Assembly (NCBI GenBank): GCA_031763465.1
Contig: JARFOE010000080.1
Coordinates: 9,315,357-9,368,550, forward strand
DNA length: 53,194 nt
Direction of reading: 5' to 3'
Source: Squatina squatina
Taxonomy: Eukaryota
Shown here: positions 1 through 13,125 of the stretch, in pieces
Position numbering within the stretch: the first letter of the stretch is position 1
Layout: each line of letters opens with the position of its first letter
The notes under the pieces: model-generated
What the model was told of the DNA's origin: nothing
Database searches by the model: none
Seen by the model: the letters and a program-made list of their open reading frames with translations, nothing else
Translations under genes and position numbers: made by a program

Positions 1-939
1 GAAGACAATTGATTCAAAACAAAATGATAACCACTTGGGTCTGTAAAGATCTTTCAGATTCTGGACTTTAACTAGCAACATGCCTGTAATGAAACAAGTA
101 AAAATTCAACCAGTCAAGTCACACATAACAGTAGCCTCAGACCCAAGCATAAGTTGGAGTAAATCAATTTTCAACTGCCACTGTGAGAATCAAAATTGCT
201 AACTTTTTGGAAGCTAGGAATTGCTTTCAGCTTTTCCTAATTAATTTAACAGTTGGAAATGCCAATAGATTAATAAATCAACTTCTCCCAGATGACAAAA
301 GAATTTGCATGTGGTTGGATGGCCATGAGGAGAAAATTAAGCTGTTAATGGTTTTTTTACAGACTTCCATTATCGCGATTTAATAGCTGTCAGCACTGCT
401 AAGCCTTGGCAAACAGCAGGTAGATGATAACTACTTTCCTCCGTGCATGATGTATATGACAGGAAAACCGATGACACATGAGCCTACATTAACTGAACAT
501 TAATTGCCCTTTTCTTCTCCAAAATGATCATGAATTACAGCTAATGATTCTATAACATGCAATGAGCTAAATCAGAAGCAACTCTCGTCATAAGCTAGTT
601 TCTTAAAAATAGTTGAGGAAAGAATTGCTATACTTCCAATAACAGTGCTTTAAATAACAGCAATTTGATTGGACAAAAAGTTTTATCTACTTTCCTATTC
701 ATTTCTTTCAACATATTGGGTTTTTTTTAAGGGGAGGGCCTCAATGAGGAAAAACATACATGTGCTGGGAAATGGAATGCTATTTTTGTCAACCAGCATC
801 AAGTTATCAAGCGCTCATAGGTCAAGTATAGCACAGAGTNNNNNNNNNNNNNNNNNNNNNNNNNNNNNNNNNNNNNNNNNNNNNNNNNNNNNNNNNNNNN
901 NNNNNNNNNNNNNNNNNNNNNNNNNNNNNNNNNNNNNNN

Positions 940-1411
940 GCACCCAGGTCCTCCTGAGGATATCTCTGCTTGTGACCTCCTGTGCAACCAGGCTGTGTTG
1001 GTCTCCTGAAGAGGTCTCTTCTGCTCATTGGAAGGGAAGAGGGCCTCCCTGCATGTTCTTACTCACTCCATAAGCATAAGGAGGGAGTCATGGGAGTGAC
1101 TGGGTGCAGCCTGCACCTCTGTGCAGTGACTGTTAGTGTTTGCAGCACTTCAATGCTGTAGAACACTGACAGCACAAATGTTAAAAGAAAGTTGGCCACG
1201 GTTCCTTTAAGGCAACCGGCTGATGATGCGTCATGAATGACATGATCAGACCTGCTTCCTCTAATTGGACTGGGAAACAGGCTGGGTGGGCTTATCAAGC
1301 CCTATCAACGTAAATTCATCTTAGGCAGTGGGATGGAGCCAGCAGTGCGGCTGCAACCCGACACCAACATCGCCCACACCAGACCCACCAAGGTGAGCAA
1401 AATCCCAGCCA
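940..1411. mobile_element. Probable terminal part of a PIF/Harbinger-type element
   Basis: GC-richer block ending in AAAATCCCAGCC (reverse complement GGCTGGGATTTT), resembling the GGGC..AATT-type termini seen repeatedly in this window. Confidence 0.35.
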
Positions 1412-2689
1412 ATGTATTGATTGCACCCACATAAAAGTAACACCTTTTTGGCACTGGATGACAAACCTTTATCATAATGGTAGCACAAACTGGGCTCTAC
1501 AGAAACCTGAATAAAGGCACAATTCATGCAGCAGTATGACCAAGGTTTTACTAGTTTATATGAAGGTTGCAGTTGCGACTTTCACAATGGTGCAATTGAT
1601 AAATTGGAAAAAAATCCTTGTTTATTTCTGTTCAAAGTAAAGAAATCATAATTCAATAATACAAAATCTATTGACAGTAATTGTCCAATTTCACTACAAA
1701 CACACATTTCAATTCTATTGTGAGTAGACATGTCTATAGAATTGAGGTTGGTGAGAAGAAGGCTGCTGCTTCTCTTTCATAAAAAGTGAACTCAAATCAT
1801 CAAATGCACTCAGCATTCGCATGCATTTTTCTCAAAAATAAATGTCTGTACATTAAGAAAACATCTGAAATGGTAAATTATGGTACTCCCGAATTAATGT
1901 TTGAAATTGATGAGTTGTTAAAAATTCTGGAGATTGTTTTACATAGTTATCTCTGAAGGCTCTGTACTTGATCCTACTCTGCACAGAAATAAAATCAATG
2001 ATCCATAATTTATTCCTGAAATGTTACTATCATGAATAAAAGATCACATCTAATAAAAGAATCCAGAATTAAGTAAAGTACAGCAGCTCCAGCTGAATAA
2101 ATATGTTGTGAAAACAGCTAATGGTCTTATCTTGTTAATTAATTTTAGACATGGTGAAATTTAAAAAAAACTGCAACACACTTAAAAATAAATACCTTGG
2201 CAGTTGGCACCGACAATCAATTGGTAGTACATTAATAATTACAATTTTCTGGGATTAATCCAAAGATACTGAGAAACCTAAGTAAAGCAAGGCTTTAGGC
2301 AATCAATATCTTGTACTTAGCAAAAATACATTCACTTGTATTTCAGCTTTTGCACTCTATATGCATCAACTGGTTTAGATTGTGCACATTAAAAAAAACG
2401 ATTCAAGGTGAGTGTTCCTTTTATGGTTAATAGGCTTTATAATGATTAAACAACCAACTTTCCTTAATCTTTCAACGAAATCTAAAACCGTACTCCATTT
2501 TTAAAAAAGTATTGATATTCTTGGTTGAAAAACAGAATCATGAGTACATTTTCTTTCAAATTATGATGTAATATGTGAGACATGAAACTGCATAGCAATA
2601 GTACATTCTGCACTAAATACTGCATCTGCTGCAACTTAAATTTTCCCAAGCAGCCAATATGGCATCTTTGCATTGTTGTGAACTGAGCA

Positions 2690-2968
2690 TGACAGACAAC
2701 TCCCCGACAACACAGACACGCCTCAGAACCGGTCATGGTAAATGCTGCCACCTTCTCCACGGATGGAAGATTAAAGCAACCCCATCATGCGACTGTAGAG
2801 CTCCTGATCAGATCCTGAAGCACATCATTGAGCACTGCCCTCTGAGGAAATTCGCAGGCAGCCCACAGGATAGCCACGATGTTACACCAGAAGCTTTGAC
2901 CTGGATATCTGACTTCAATATTGACATTTGATTTGCTTTGCTTCTACCACATGTAAGAAGAAGAATAA
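2690..2968 (+). mobile_element. 3' end of an I-group (Ingi/Vingi-like) non-LTR retrotransposon
   Basis: Frame reads RLRTGHG..LLHGWKIKATPSCDC...HIIEHCP (C-terminal CCHC knuckle) to a stop at 2929-2931, then a very short UTR and a TAAGAAGAAGAATAA tail. Confidence 0.7.
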
Positions 2969-3065
2969 GGGTTAAATCTATGCTCACAGCTTCAGAGGCA
3001 GAGAAAAAAATTGCTTAGTCTGGTGGAACCTAAACCAGTCCTAAAAAGCAAAAGTTCAAAAATCT

Positions 3066-3420
3066 GGGGGCTGAAATTGAGTAGCGCCACACTAGAAACG
3101 GTGCACCACTGTTTAGCGCCAAAACTGTGCCAGTCCGTAATGGTGTTATTGAGATACGAAATTCGGCAGCGTTTTGCTTTTTTCACAGTGTGGCACTGTT
3201 CAGAGGCGCAAACAGTTGAGTGGAGGAGCTGACAGCAAAGACGAGGCACTGAAGGCAGAGTCAAGGTGCTGAAGGCAGAGTGAAGGAGAAGACAGCACAC
3301 TGAAGGAGACGAGGCCAGATTGAAGGAGATAATGGCAGAGTCAGGGAGAAGACAGCAGACTGAAGGAGTTGAGGCCAGATTGAAGGAGATGATGGCAGAG
3401 TCAAGGAGATGAGGGCAGAG
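3066..3420. mobile_element. Harbinger-type element end with internal ~60-bp tandem repeat
   Basis: Starts GGGGGCTGAAATTGAGTAGCGCC, matching 47759 GGGGGTGAAATTTGGTAGCGCC; unit GAAGGAG..GAGGCCAGATTGAAGGAGAT..TGGCAGAGTCA repeats at ~3302 and ~3362. Confidence 0.55.
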
Positions 3421-4167
3421 NNNNNNNNNNNNNNNNNNNNNNNNNNNNNNNNNNNNNNNNNNNNNNNNNNNNNNNNNNNNNNNNNNNNNNNNNNNNNNNN
3501 NNNNNNNNNNNNNNNNNNNNAGCTTCACCCCATGCAAAAAGGCAGTTCACGCAAATTTCCTGCATTTGCGCTAGTTTTCTGCAGGTGTAGATTTAAGTCA
3601 AAAAAAATTCGGTCTAAGAGAGACCAAAGTCAACAGTTAACGAGCTTTACCGCAATTTTTGGGCCATTTAAAAAAATTTTTGCTCAGAGACCTAAACTAC
3701 ATTTTCTATATCAGAATGCTTTTTCATGTCATCAGAAAGTGTTACATTAAAAATTTTAAAGCTTCCACAATTGCATTTTCTTGAACATGGCGTGCCTGAT
3801 GTGCATAAATGATGAGGCTTTAAACTATAAGTTTTATAAAAACAGATTTAAAGAAGGAATATAGGCTAAGTTCTGCACTCCTCTCAGGCCCCAATTGTTA
3901 ATGCTGATTTTTGTTTATTTACCCTGATTTTTGTGGTCTGGCATACACAAATGAGATTGGCAGGAAATCTTGGCGTAAGTACGGATTATCAAGGTCAGTG
4001 TAGAATAAGGCATAAATTTCACGTCTCTTTCGATTGACATGATCCATGAAATTTTGATCCTTAGGGATTCATGGTAAATCCACAAAATCAGTAACAAATT
4101 GGCCGAAGAGTTAAAAAATGGCGCGTGCTTGTTAGAGGAGTTATTTTGGGTTGGTATTGGGGGGAGG

Positions 4168-4460
4168 GAAGTAGTGAATGGAGTTACCAAAGCTCAGTAC
4201 TGGGGCTACTACTATGTCTAATTTTCATAAATGACCAGAATTCAGAATGTCAATACAAGGTGGTCTAATTTGCAAATGATACCAAACTCGGAATGGCAGT
4301 GCAATTGGAGGAAGCTGCTCAGAAATTACAGAATGAGTGGGACAAAATACATAAGTGGACAGGAAAATAGCAGATGAAATTTAATGCAGACACATGTAAA
4401 GTACCACATATAAGAAGAAAAAAATATGTAACATAAGTACTGATGAATAGTATTGAAATG
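4168..4460 (+). mobile_element. Decayed CR1 LINE reverse transcriptase fragment
   Basis: SVLG and FANDTKL (FADDTKL-like) motifs, then QMKFNA..C..H. Confidence 0.75.
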
Positions 4461-5329
4461 TCTTCTTTCAATTGAGTGGCACTTGGAGAAACATTTTACA
4501 AATCACTTCTCTGGAAATACTTAAGATATATGCATCATTCCTTTAACAATCAATGACACACATACAGAAATAATTCCTGCACACATCATTGTGTTTTGCT
4601 GAAAAGCCCTTATTGCAGCACTTTGCTCGGGCAACTGTTAAATTGTGCTTTAAGTTTCCTTGTGTTTCCGATTTGAATATTTTATCAGAATGCTTTTCAC
4701 ATCTCATTTAGCACAAACCTCTAAGTCACTTGCCGCAGATCTAATCTACTCTACAAAACTATATTGATGATACTATCTGGCATCTTCTTCCTGTGGTCAT
4801 GGAGTGCAATGGGGCCACCAAAATAATTTACAAATTTTAAATATAATAAAGATACTAAATGATTCTTGAGCATTCAAGGAGTTAAGAGGTATTATTTATC
4901 GGATTTGGTAAAAAAAAATACACAATTGTGTCTTTTTATCTTTTTACTCCCTCACTGGCTTCTTTCCATCACACACCTTTTTCCCCCACCTAGAATTATT
5001 AGATAGGATGGTGGTTGTGTAAATTTATTTTGCTTTACGGAATTTGCGTTGAAAGGTGCGCAAGTTTTATTATGTACAAATTTGAGAAGATCTGGGGCTA
5101 GAAATAACAAAGCGTCCCGTTTGGGGCGATAGCTTTTGCGAGAGCGCAACAGTATCACGGGGCGCTACACAATTCAATCGTACGTGAGCTTCTGGTTCAG
5201 CGCTCCAGGAGGGATGTGGNNNNNNNNNNNNNNNNNNNNNNNNNNNNNNNNNNNNNNNNNNNNNNNNNNNNNNNNNNNNNNNNNNNNNNNNNNNNNNNNN
5301 NNNNNNNNNNNNNNNNNNNGATATATTAT

Positions 5330-5700
5330 TTGTTGAATGCTGCCAAAAACACCCAACAAAATCAAGTTCCATTCTTCAAACAGCTTGACATGCATGTCAA
5401 ATCCATATCAATGATCCCTCAAACTTCTCAAATAATTAAAATGCATCAGAACCCATCAATTAATGTCATTCACAGAAAAAGGCTGAGTTTCCCTTCAAAT
5501 GACAGCATCTTCTCAAAGTGAAAAGGCAGGGTAACATTTTCCTTGAAGTTTGGCATATCAATTTATTCAAGTGAACTGTCATGATCACAGAATAATGAGA
5601 AAATCTGGGAATAGACAGTTTTGTACAGTTCCTTTACTTCTTTGAAAGTACTTTCGCAATGCATGATCACCTTCATTGACACCACCTCCGAGGGAGCTCA
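5330..5700 (-). pseudogene. Frameshifted hAT (Charlie/Buster, GTF2IRD2-like) transposase fragment
   Basis: Minus-strand pieces read RW.S.KVI, FCD-MTVHLNKL..KLQGK, EKMLSFEGKLSLF, LMHFNYL; these match hAT motifs RWLS..KVL, D...HLN.LN..LQG and F..KL.LF. Confidence 0.65.
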
Positions 5701-6139
5701 AGAACATTAGCCCTCTAATCATTTTGATGTTGGACATAGCCCCAGCAGCAGTAAAAAATATTTATTTTTGTAGGAAAACTTTTTTTTTTCCAAGTTATGC
5801 AAGTAACATTTGAACACAATAAATACTTGGCCTGGAATTTCCTCAATTTTATTGATGGCAGTTCTGACGAAGGGTCATCGACCNNNNNNNNNNNNNNNNN
5901 NNNNNNNNNNNNNNNNNNNNNNNNNNNNNNNNNNNNNNNNNNNNNNNNNNNNNNNNNNNNNNNNNNNNNNNNNNNNNNNNNNNCCAATGGCTTCTCCTCA
6001 AGCTCACTGTTGCCCAAAACATTAACCATTTGCCACATGTGGCTAATTGGGAATGCTGTTGTAACCAATTATATTTCTGATTGGTAAATTTAAAAATGAA
6101 TAATAGATACCGTCATTGTGTAGGTAATCTCAGTATGCA

Positions 6140-6470
6140 TTTATTTTTGTCATTGTTCGGAATGCGGGTGTCACTTGCAAGGGCAGCATTTATTGTCCAT
6201 CTTCAGTTGCCCTGGAGAAGGTGGTGGTGGGTCGTCTTCTCGAACTACTGCAGGTCATGTAGTGAAGGTATCCCCACAATGCTGTTAGACAAGAAGTTCT
6301 AGGATTTTGACCCAGCAACAATAAAGGAATGCTGATATACTTTCAAGTCAGGATGGTGTGGGGTTTGGAAGTGATGGTATTTCCATACACCTGATGCCCT
6401 CGGTCCTTCTATGTGGTAGAGGTTACAGTTTGTGAGGCGCTACTGAAGAAACATTGGTGGCTTGATGCCT
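6140..6470 (-). mobile_element. 3' end of a CR1/L2-group LINE (C-terminal KTTHHHLLQGN* plus short UTR)
   Basis: Reverse complement reads ..LQ*FEKTTHHHLLQGN*, then GGACAATAAATGCTGCCC; a similar tail closes the SINE at 14400. Confidence 0.6.
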
Positions 6471-7499
6471 GTATACTTCAACACTTTTGTACATATGTTG
6501 GTAAAATGGTAAGATGAAAAGCAGTGTCTGCAACTGTTTTTTGATTGTTGTGACTGCTTTACTTCCTTGGTTAGTAAATGGTGGTGGATGGTTGTTAATT
6601 AAATGTACACATGAAGTACATTTATCCATATTGTGTGAGTGCATATAATTAAAATTAAGTCATGTGGCTAAAACAGTGTTGGCGTAGGCACACCTGTGGC
6701 TACTCAACAATTTCCGCTGGCAACATTCCATTCAAACCTGCTTTTAAGAAAATCAATATCATCCCCATAGGTGGTGCTGAGGAAGGAAGACGAGAGCATA
6801 TAAATCAAAACTGAATTTAAAAGAAAATTAACAAAATGAAATGTATAAGTTACACTTATACACGTTTATGATGGTTTGTGAATCAGAGGTTATGATTTTG
6901 TAGTGGCAGGTATAAATTATACCAGTGGATTTTATAGTAACTATTTAAAAAAAAGGTTTTTTCTTGAACTTTAATTTTCAAAGGGTTCACAGAGTTCACC
7001 CACTTATAATTCAAGAATCCAAGCAAAAAGAACTATTTGTTGTGGCTCTTGCTCTTCTCCTTCTCTGGCATTTTTCATGGTTAATTGCATCATCCTTTAC
7101 TTTTTCACTTTAATCAGTTTTTCAGTATGTGATTTACACTTTCAGCTGTCAAGGCTGTCTGCAAACAAACCTGCTGGCCTGTCAGACTTTTTCTTTGGCT
7201 GATGTTTTCATTAACCTTTCACACTCCTAGCAGTCTAAAAAATGTTTTAAAAATGTTATAAATAATGCAACATAAATTCACAGATGGAAGTCCAAAGATG
7301 AAAATTGTTTTTTGCTTGAATGCTTACTAGAGCTGTTTAAAAGAACATTTTTTAAGTTTCCGGCAGTTCTGATTTGCGCTGATTCTCCCCACAACCTATG
7401 TTATTTAGAGTTGCTTTCCTCAGGGCCGGAGTTAAAGCAAAGTTAAAAAAAATTTGATTTGCTGGTTTAGAGCTGATTCATACAGGCCAAGACTATATT

Positions 7500-7757
7500 A
7501 CATAGAACTGCATAGAATGTACAGCACGGAAACAGGCCTTTCGGCCCAGCTGGTCCATGCTCCACACGAGCCGCCTCCCAGCCCTTGTCATCTAACCCTA
7601 TCAAGCATATCCTTCTGTTCCTTTCTCTCTCATGTTATTCTAGCTTCCCCTTAAATGCATCTATGCTATTCACCTCAACTACTCCATGCGGTTGCAAGCT
7701 CCACATTCTAACCACTCTCTGGGTAAGAAGTTCCTCCTGAATTCCATATTAGGTTTA
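7500..7757 (-). mobile_element. CR1 LINE 3' end
   Basis: ATAGAA.. tail, ACAGCACGGAAACAGGCCTTTCGGCCC 3' UTR motif, RNFLPREWLECG C-terminal ORF2 remnant. Confidence 0.8.
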
Positions 7758-8029
7758 NNNNNNNNNNNNNNNNNNNNNNNNNNNNNNNNNNNNNNNNNNN
7801 NNNNNNNNNNNNNNNNNNNNNNNNNNNNNNNNNNNNNNNNNNNNNNNNNNNNNNNNNACATTTAGTTCGGATACAATAATAAACACAAGAGGAAAGCTTG
7901 AGTGGTTTGTAAAAATCATCAGCACTCTGGTAGCAAATTATGATCTTATCTACCTCTTAGGTTTTACTTTTGTACTTTTTTTGGTGGACTTTGTCCTTAA
8001 GGATAGAATGTCTGAGCATAAGCAAATAT

Positions 8030-8463
8030 GAGTTGACCAGAGAAAGCCAGATGGTTTTGTTAAAAGTGAGGCAAGCCTGACTAATCTAGTTGAATTTTTT
8101 GAGGAGGTCACTAATAAAGTTAGATTGAGGGTAGACTAAGGTTGTTATCTATATGTAGTTCCAGAAGGCATTCGATAAGGTTCCACACAAATGATTATGG
8201 GCAAAAGTGAGAGTGCATGGAATTGGAGGCAGCCTTTTGACGAATTGGAAATTGGTTGGGAGGTAGTGGACAGAGAGCAGGAATAAAGGCTATGTACTCA
8301 GATTGACAGGATGCAGCAAGTGGTACTCCCCAGGAATCTGTTCTGGGGCCTCAACCTGCCATGAATGAAGTAATAGAGATTCGTATATCCAAGTTTGCAG
8401 ATGACACTGAATTAGTAAGTAGTGCAGATGGGAGCAGAAAGTTGAAGAAGAACATAACAGATA
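8030..8463 (+). mobile_element. CR1 RT fragment, interrupted by an insertion at 8464
   Basis: LTNLVEFFEEVT, FQKAFDKVP, QESVLGP, ISKFADDT motifs. Confidence 0.85.
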
Positions 8464-8880
8464 GGGCTGAATCTGAACCCCCAAAACGGGTGGGTTGGGG
8501 GTCGTGTCAGAGGTTAAAATGCAAAAATATGAAACAGGAACCGAACCTGCCTCAAACCCGCCCACTTCCGGTTTTAACTCAGACGGGATGAGCAAGAACG
8601 AATGCAGAAAATGGGTTGGTCATTAAGTATTATAATGAGGCTGCCTGCCTTCATTTTAACAGTCATTCTATTTTTAACCACAGGCGGTCGGGTTTCCTGG
8701 GACTTGGCAGCTGAAAGCAGACGAGAAAGGCTGAATCCATTAGGTAAGTGCCTTTACAGCACTTCTTGTGGGCCAGGAGGAGCAGGTGTGCTTCCTCCTG
8801 GCTCAAAAGGCTAAACTGTAAACCCTTCCCAACTCCACGATCTCCCCCCGACATCCCCCGCCCATCACCAACCCCCTCCA
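8464..8880. mobile_element. Harbinger-type non-autonomous element end inserted in CR1
   Basis: Starts GGGCTGAAT; 8765-8797 is a near-exact reverse complement of 29247-29279. Confidence 0.55.
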
Positions 8881-9271
8881 TTTGAGTTTTTCAAATTTGT
8901 TGCTGACACCAAAAACAGAAGTACTCGGACAGAGATTGCAATATAAGGTTTAGATAGACTGCATAACAGGACAGAAAATTGGCCGATGAAATTCTACACT
9001 GATAAATGCAATGTATTACACACAGAGCAAAAAAAATGTAGCAGATTAATATTGAGCAAATGGATTTGAGTTAGTACATGGTAAGCTAAATGTTTCTCTC
9101 ATTGCGCTTGGCCAAAAAGGATCACCTGAATTTAGTGTAAAGAGGAAAGTCAGGCTATGAGGGGCCTGCGGCCAAAATAGAGCTTACACAATTTTCCATC
9201 CATTGCACGTACATTATCCTCCCAGTCCAATTTTCCATTGTACTTTCAACCCAGGTGATCCAATACGCTTA

Positions 9272-9473
9272 TAAAAGAAAGACTTGCATTTGTATAGTGC
9301 CATTCATGACCACTGGATGCCCTAAAGCCAATGAAATATTTTTTGAAGTGTGATTACTGTTGTAATGTAGGAAACACAGAGCCAATTTGCACACAGCAAG
9401 CTCTCACAAACAGCAATGTGATAACACCCCAATAATCTGATTTTATTATGTTGATTGAGGGATAAACATTGGC
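9272..9473 (-). mobile_element. Deu-domain SINE (SacSINE1-like), 3' part
   Basis: Reverse complement contains CACATTGCTGTTTGTGAGAGCTTGCTGTGTGCAAATTGGC..TTCCTACATTACAACAG and ends CTATACAAATGCAAGTCTTTCTTT. Confidence 0.7.
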
Positions 9474-9716
9474 NNNNNNNNNNNNNNNNNNNNNNNNNNN
9501 NNNNNNNNNNNNNNNNNNNNNNNNNNNNNNNNNNNNNNNNNNNNNNNNNNNNNNNNNNNNNNNNNNNNNNNNNTCTGTACTTACATCAATCACCAGATTG
9601 AACTTTGAGATTTACTCTGTTGAAATAATTATCTCTGCCTGAACACAATGTTGTGCGACCAGATATTAAAAAATAAAAAAACTTGGGAGGACTTTATTTG
9701 ACGCAGATCAGGTTAC

Positions 9717-9878
9717 CTTGAAAAGCAGCCGCATTTCGTGATATTAAAAATTTCAGAGTTGAGCTGGATGTTTGAAGTAAATTTTGAATATCTTGCCGAG
9801 ATGCCGCTTGGTATCGCTCCTCCATCTTTCTTGTGCAGCATGTTGGATCCTTTGACGTGCACACCTGAAGATCAGAAC
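9717..9878 (-). CDS. GPC5: Glypican-5 internal coding exon (exon 2 equivalent), 162 bp, phase 1/1
   Basis: Acceptor TTTTCCTTTTAG, donor GTAACC; translates (G)[53 protein letters not shown], closer to GPC5 ([18 protein letters not shown]) than GPC3. Not in the ORF track. Confidence 0.93.
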
Positions 9879-11649
9879 CTAAAAGGAAAATGGTAAAGAA
9901 TGAATGTATTTTTCCTCTACACTTGATTCAAAGTTGCTTTGCTCAAATTATCTGATAATTAATTTTAGAACTAAATTCCTACATTCTCATGTTCTTTGCA
10001 CTGACAAATTCAAATGATTTAATAATTCAATTTTTTTCATGTCAGGTGTAGACTGTATTGATGCACTGCTCAGATATCAATAAAGATTGGACAAACTTTC
10101 ATTTATTTGGCACCAATTACATCCTCAGGACACAGCACATTAATTGCTTTTTGAAGAACAGTCACTTTTTTCTACAGGCATCTGTGACAACCAATTTGTG
10201 AAAAGCTTGATCCCACATGCAGCACTGAGATTCACCGGTAATTATGTTTTGGTAATGGTGATGGTTGAGGCATGGACACCAGGAGGATTCCACCGAGCTG
10301 GTCGGGGCCAGAGTGGAGCCAGGTGAATAAAGAGCGAGGAAGANNNNNNNNNNNNNNNNNNNNNNNNNNNNNNNNNNNNNNNNNNNNNNNNNNNNNNNNN
10401 NNNNNNNNNNNNNNNNNNNNNNNNNNNNNNNNNNNNNNNNNNNGTGTGCAGGAGAAGGAAAATCACCCACCGGGCTCGGGAGGGTAAAAATCAGCTGAGG
10501 TTCTTGCACTTGCTGACCAACAACCCTGCCAAAAATATATGTCTGTGGGCACCAGATAAGGACAGAGTAGGCTTAGATTTTGTTTACCTATGTTCACCTC
10601 CCAATTCTTCTGTGTACTGCAGTGGGAGACACCACCTTCAGTAAAGGTGTAAGCAGCAAAAAATAAAAAGCTAATATGATTTCAGGACTTGGTGCTGAAG
10701 TATTGTAATCTAAGTACCATGTTTTTTTTGCTGACTGTGATCTAATGTAACTGCTAGCAACTGTACTATAAATAGCTGCACAGGGTCAATGATTGGAAAC
10801 CAAGTAATACAGAACTTTGAGACATGCTCACTGTTGCTTCAGAACACACAATTTGAAGGCAGCTTGTTCCTAACGATATGTACTTTGTCCTGATGTCAGT
10901 GAATTTCATTTTAAATTGGTTGGTGGGGGAGGACTTTTGTCCTTATGAGCATCACTGCTGCAGAACGGCACTCTTAGAGCTTTGTCTACCTAACGATTGG
11001 GACAGGACCGATGTTGAGTCAACATCTGCTTCAGTATCTGTGTGACCAGGTTGGACACGCAGCTGACCACAAAGTTTTTTTTCTTTAGGCAAAAACTTGG
11101 AGAATGAAATATTTACGTTGAAGATCCATAAACACATGCAAGTGTACTTTGAAAAGAAATCAAAATCCTCTGCCCCTCACACTCTCCTTTGATTTCCAAT
11201 TACGATGCACCATTTGTAATCGAGCTGTTGCTTCTAAAGCCATTCTGAGCCAGCAATGCAATTTGTGCAGTAATGGCCAGAGTGGAGTTTCCCTTATTTC
11301 ATTGTCACCATGTTCCAGTCTCAAACCACTCTCTTGAGAAATAGACACAGGCAGCAGTTCTCTGCCTGATATACAGCACCAACATTGTACCTGCAGGGAT
11401 ACACCACACTGCCACAAGTCCATTGGCAAGAAGGCTTAGGGACCCCAAAGTGTACAGCAAAGGGTATTACTAGGATTTAATCAGCTAAAAATATGCAGCT
11501 TGATAAAATAAACACATTGTCAATTATTTTGTCAAAGTAAGTGATTACAGTTTTGGCAAGTTGTGACCGTACACTCCTTTCCATTGGTAGAAGTAAAATG
11601 CCAATCCGAGCTTCTCTTTGGTGTTTCACTTCATATTGTTGGGATATTT

Positions 11650-11763
11650 ACGAACAATGACGGGCAGGTAAAGACCATCAGGTCCATCAAGCCTGTCTCA
11701 CACAATTGCGATACCTTGTGTATCACAATATATACACTCCACCCACCCGAAACCATGTGATCG
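11650..11763 (-). mobile_element. Short CR1-like 3' end
   Basis: ACGAACAATGACGGGCAGGTAAAGACCATCAGGTCCATCAAGCCTG, an inverted LINE 3' UTR pattern. Confidence 0.5.
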
Positions 11764-11764
11764 T

Positions 11765-13125
11765 CTAAGAGAGTTCTTGAGGAAATAATTAAATCTATTG
11801 ATGAAGGAAATGCAATGGATGGATTTTCAACAGGCTTTTGATAAGGTGTAAAAGGAGGCTTAAAATTAAAAGCACAAAAATATTACAGGATTGTGGCAGT
11901 ATGGTTAGGCAGCTGTTTATAATAAGTAGTGTACTGGTTAATAGATGTTTTTCAGCCTTTAGGGATGTAAACAGTGATATCCTCCAGCGTCAGAACTATT
12001 ACTCTTCTAAATATATATGTATGAAATTGATCTGGATTTGGGTATTGGGGATGCAATATCAAAATTTGCAGACAGCACAAAAATAGGGAGTATGATTCAC
12101 TGTGAAGAGGACTGTTCGAGACATCAAGAAGAGATAGATAGAATAATGGAATGGCCAAATAGATATCAGATGAAAATTATTGTGGTGAAATCTGAGTTGA
12201 TACATTCTGGGAGCAAGAAGGCGAGGAACTAGATATGAAATGGTAAAATTTTGAAAATAATTAGAAGAACAGAAAGACTTAGGGTTTTAGATNNNNNNNN
12301 NNAAATAGGGGACTATGGTTATCTTCAGGATGACATAGAAGGGTTAGTAGATTGGGTAGATGTGAAACTGAATGTGAAGAAATAGGAAGTGATACAGTTT
12401 GTGAGGAAGAATAAGGAGAACACTAAATTGTAAAACTTAAAAAAAAAAATTGAAGGAGCAGAGATACTTAGGGGTTCAGATGCATAAATCTTTACAAGCA
12501 GAAGGACAAGTTGATAAAGCTGCAAAAAACATTGCATCCTAGGTTTTTTGACTAGGGCATAGAATAAAAAAGCTAAAAGATAATGCTAAACCTACAGAAA
12601 TCTTTGGTTAGGCTACAGTTGAAATACTTCATCCAATTTTGGGCACCTTACTTAGGAAGCATGTCACTGCCAGAAAAGGGACAGAAGAGAGCTACTAAAT
12701 GATGTCAAGGACAAGGGGCTTTAGTCATGAGGGGAGAATAGAGTAACTGGGGTTTATCCTTTAGGGAAAAAAAGGTTGCAAAGAGATCTTACAGAAGTGT
12801 TCAAAACTAAGAGATCTTGATCGGGTCCAACCTATTTCCACAAGTTGATGATTCAGTGACCAATGGGTATAAAATTTAAGGTTGTCACCAAAAGAAAGAG
12901 GTTAGGTTTTATTTTAAACTCACAAGGCAGAATGTCAAACTAGAGGAAGTAGTGGAAGCAAAGTCCACAATCGCTTTTAAAAGGGAAGTGTATAAATGCT
13001 TGAAAAAGAAAAACAATTAAAGGGCACAGTAGGGGAAGAGAATATAACTTAGTGGATAGCTCTTTCAGAGAACCCACACAAGGACAATGGGTTGAATGGC
13101 CTCTTTCTGTGGTGTAAAATTCTCT
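11765..13125 (+). mobile_element. Decayed CR1 ORF2 (RT to 3' UTR), possibly two pieces across a 10-N gap
   Basis: AFDKV, ISKFADSTKIG, SLVRLQLKY.IQFWAP motifs; 3' UTR ATGGGTTGAATGGCCTCTTTCTGTG. Confidence 0.8.

Noticed and set aside
2347-2407. Possible 61-bp exon ending in GTGAGT
   Set aside because: The only open frame (LLHSICINWFRLCTLKKTIQ) is unrecognisable; the splice signals could be chance
10178-10237. Possible 60-bp exon between TTTTTCTACAG and GTAATT
   Set aside because: Peptide GICDNQFVKSLIPHAALRFT is not recognised, and the segment is antisense within a GPC5 intron
11160-11429. Minus ORF with LHKLHCWLR, faintly like Transib/RAG1 motifs
   Set aside because: No other RAG1 or Transib motifs, no TIR, and resemblance too short
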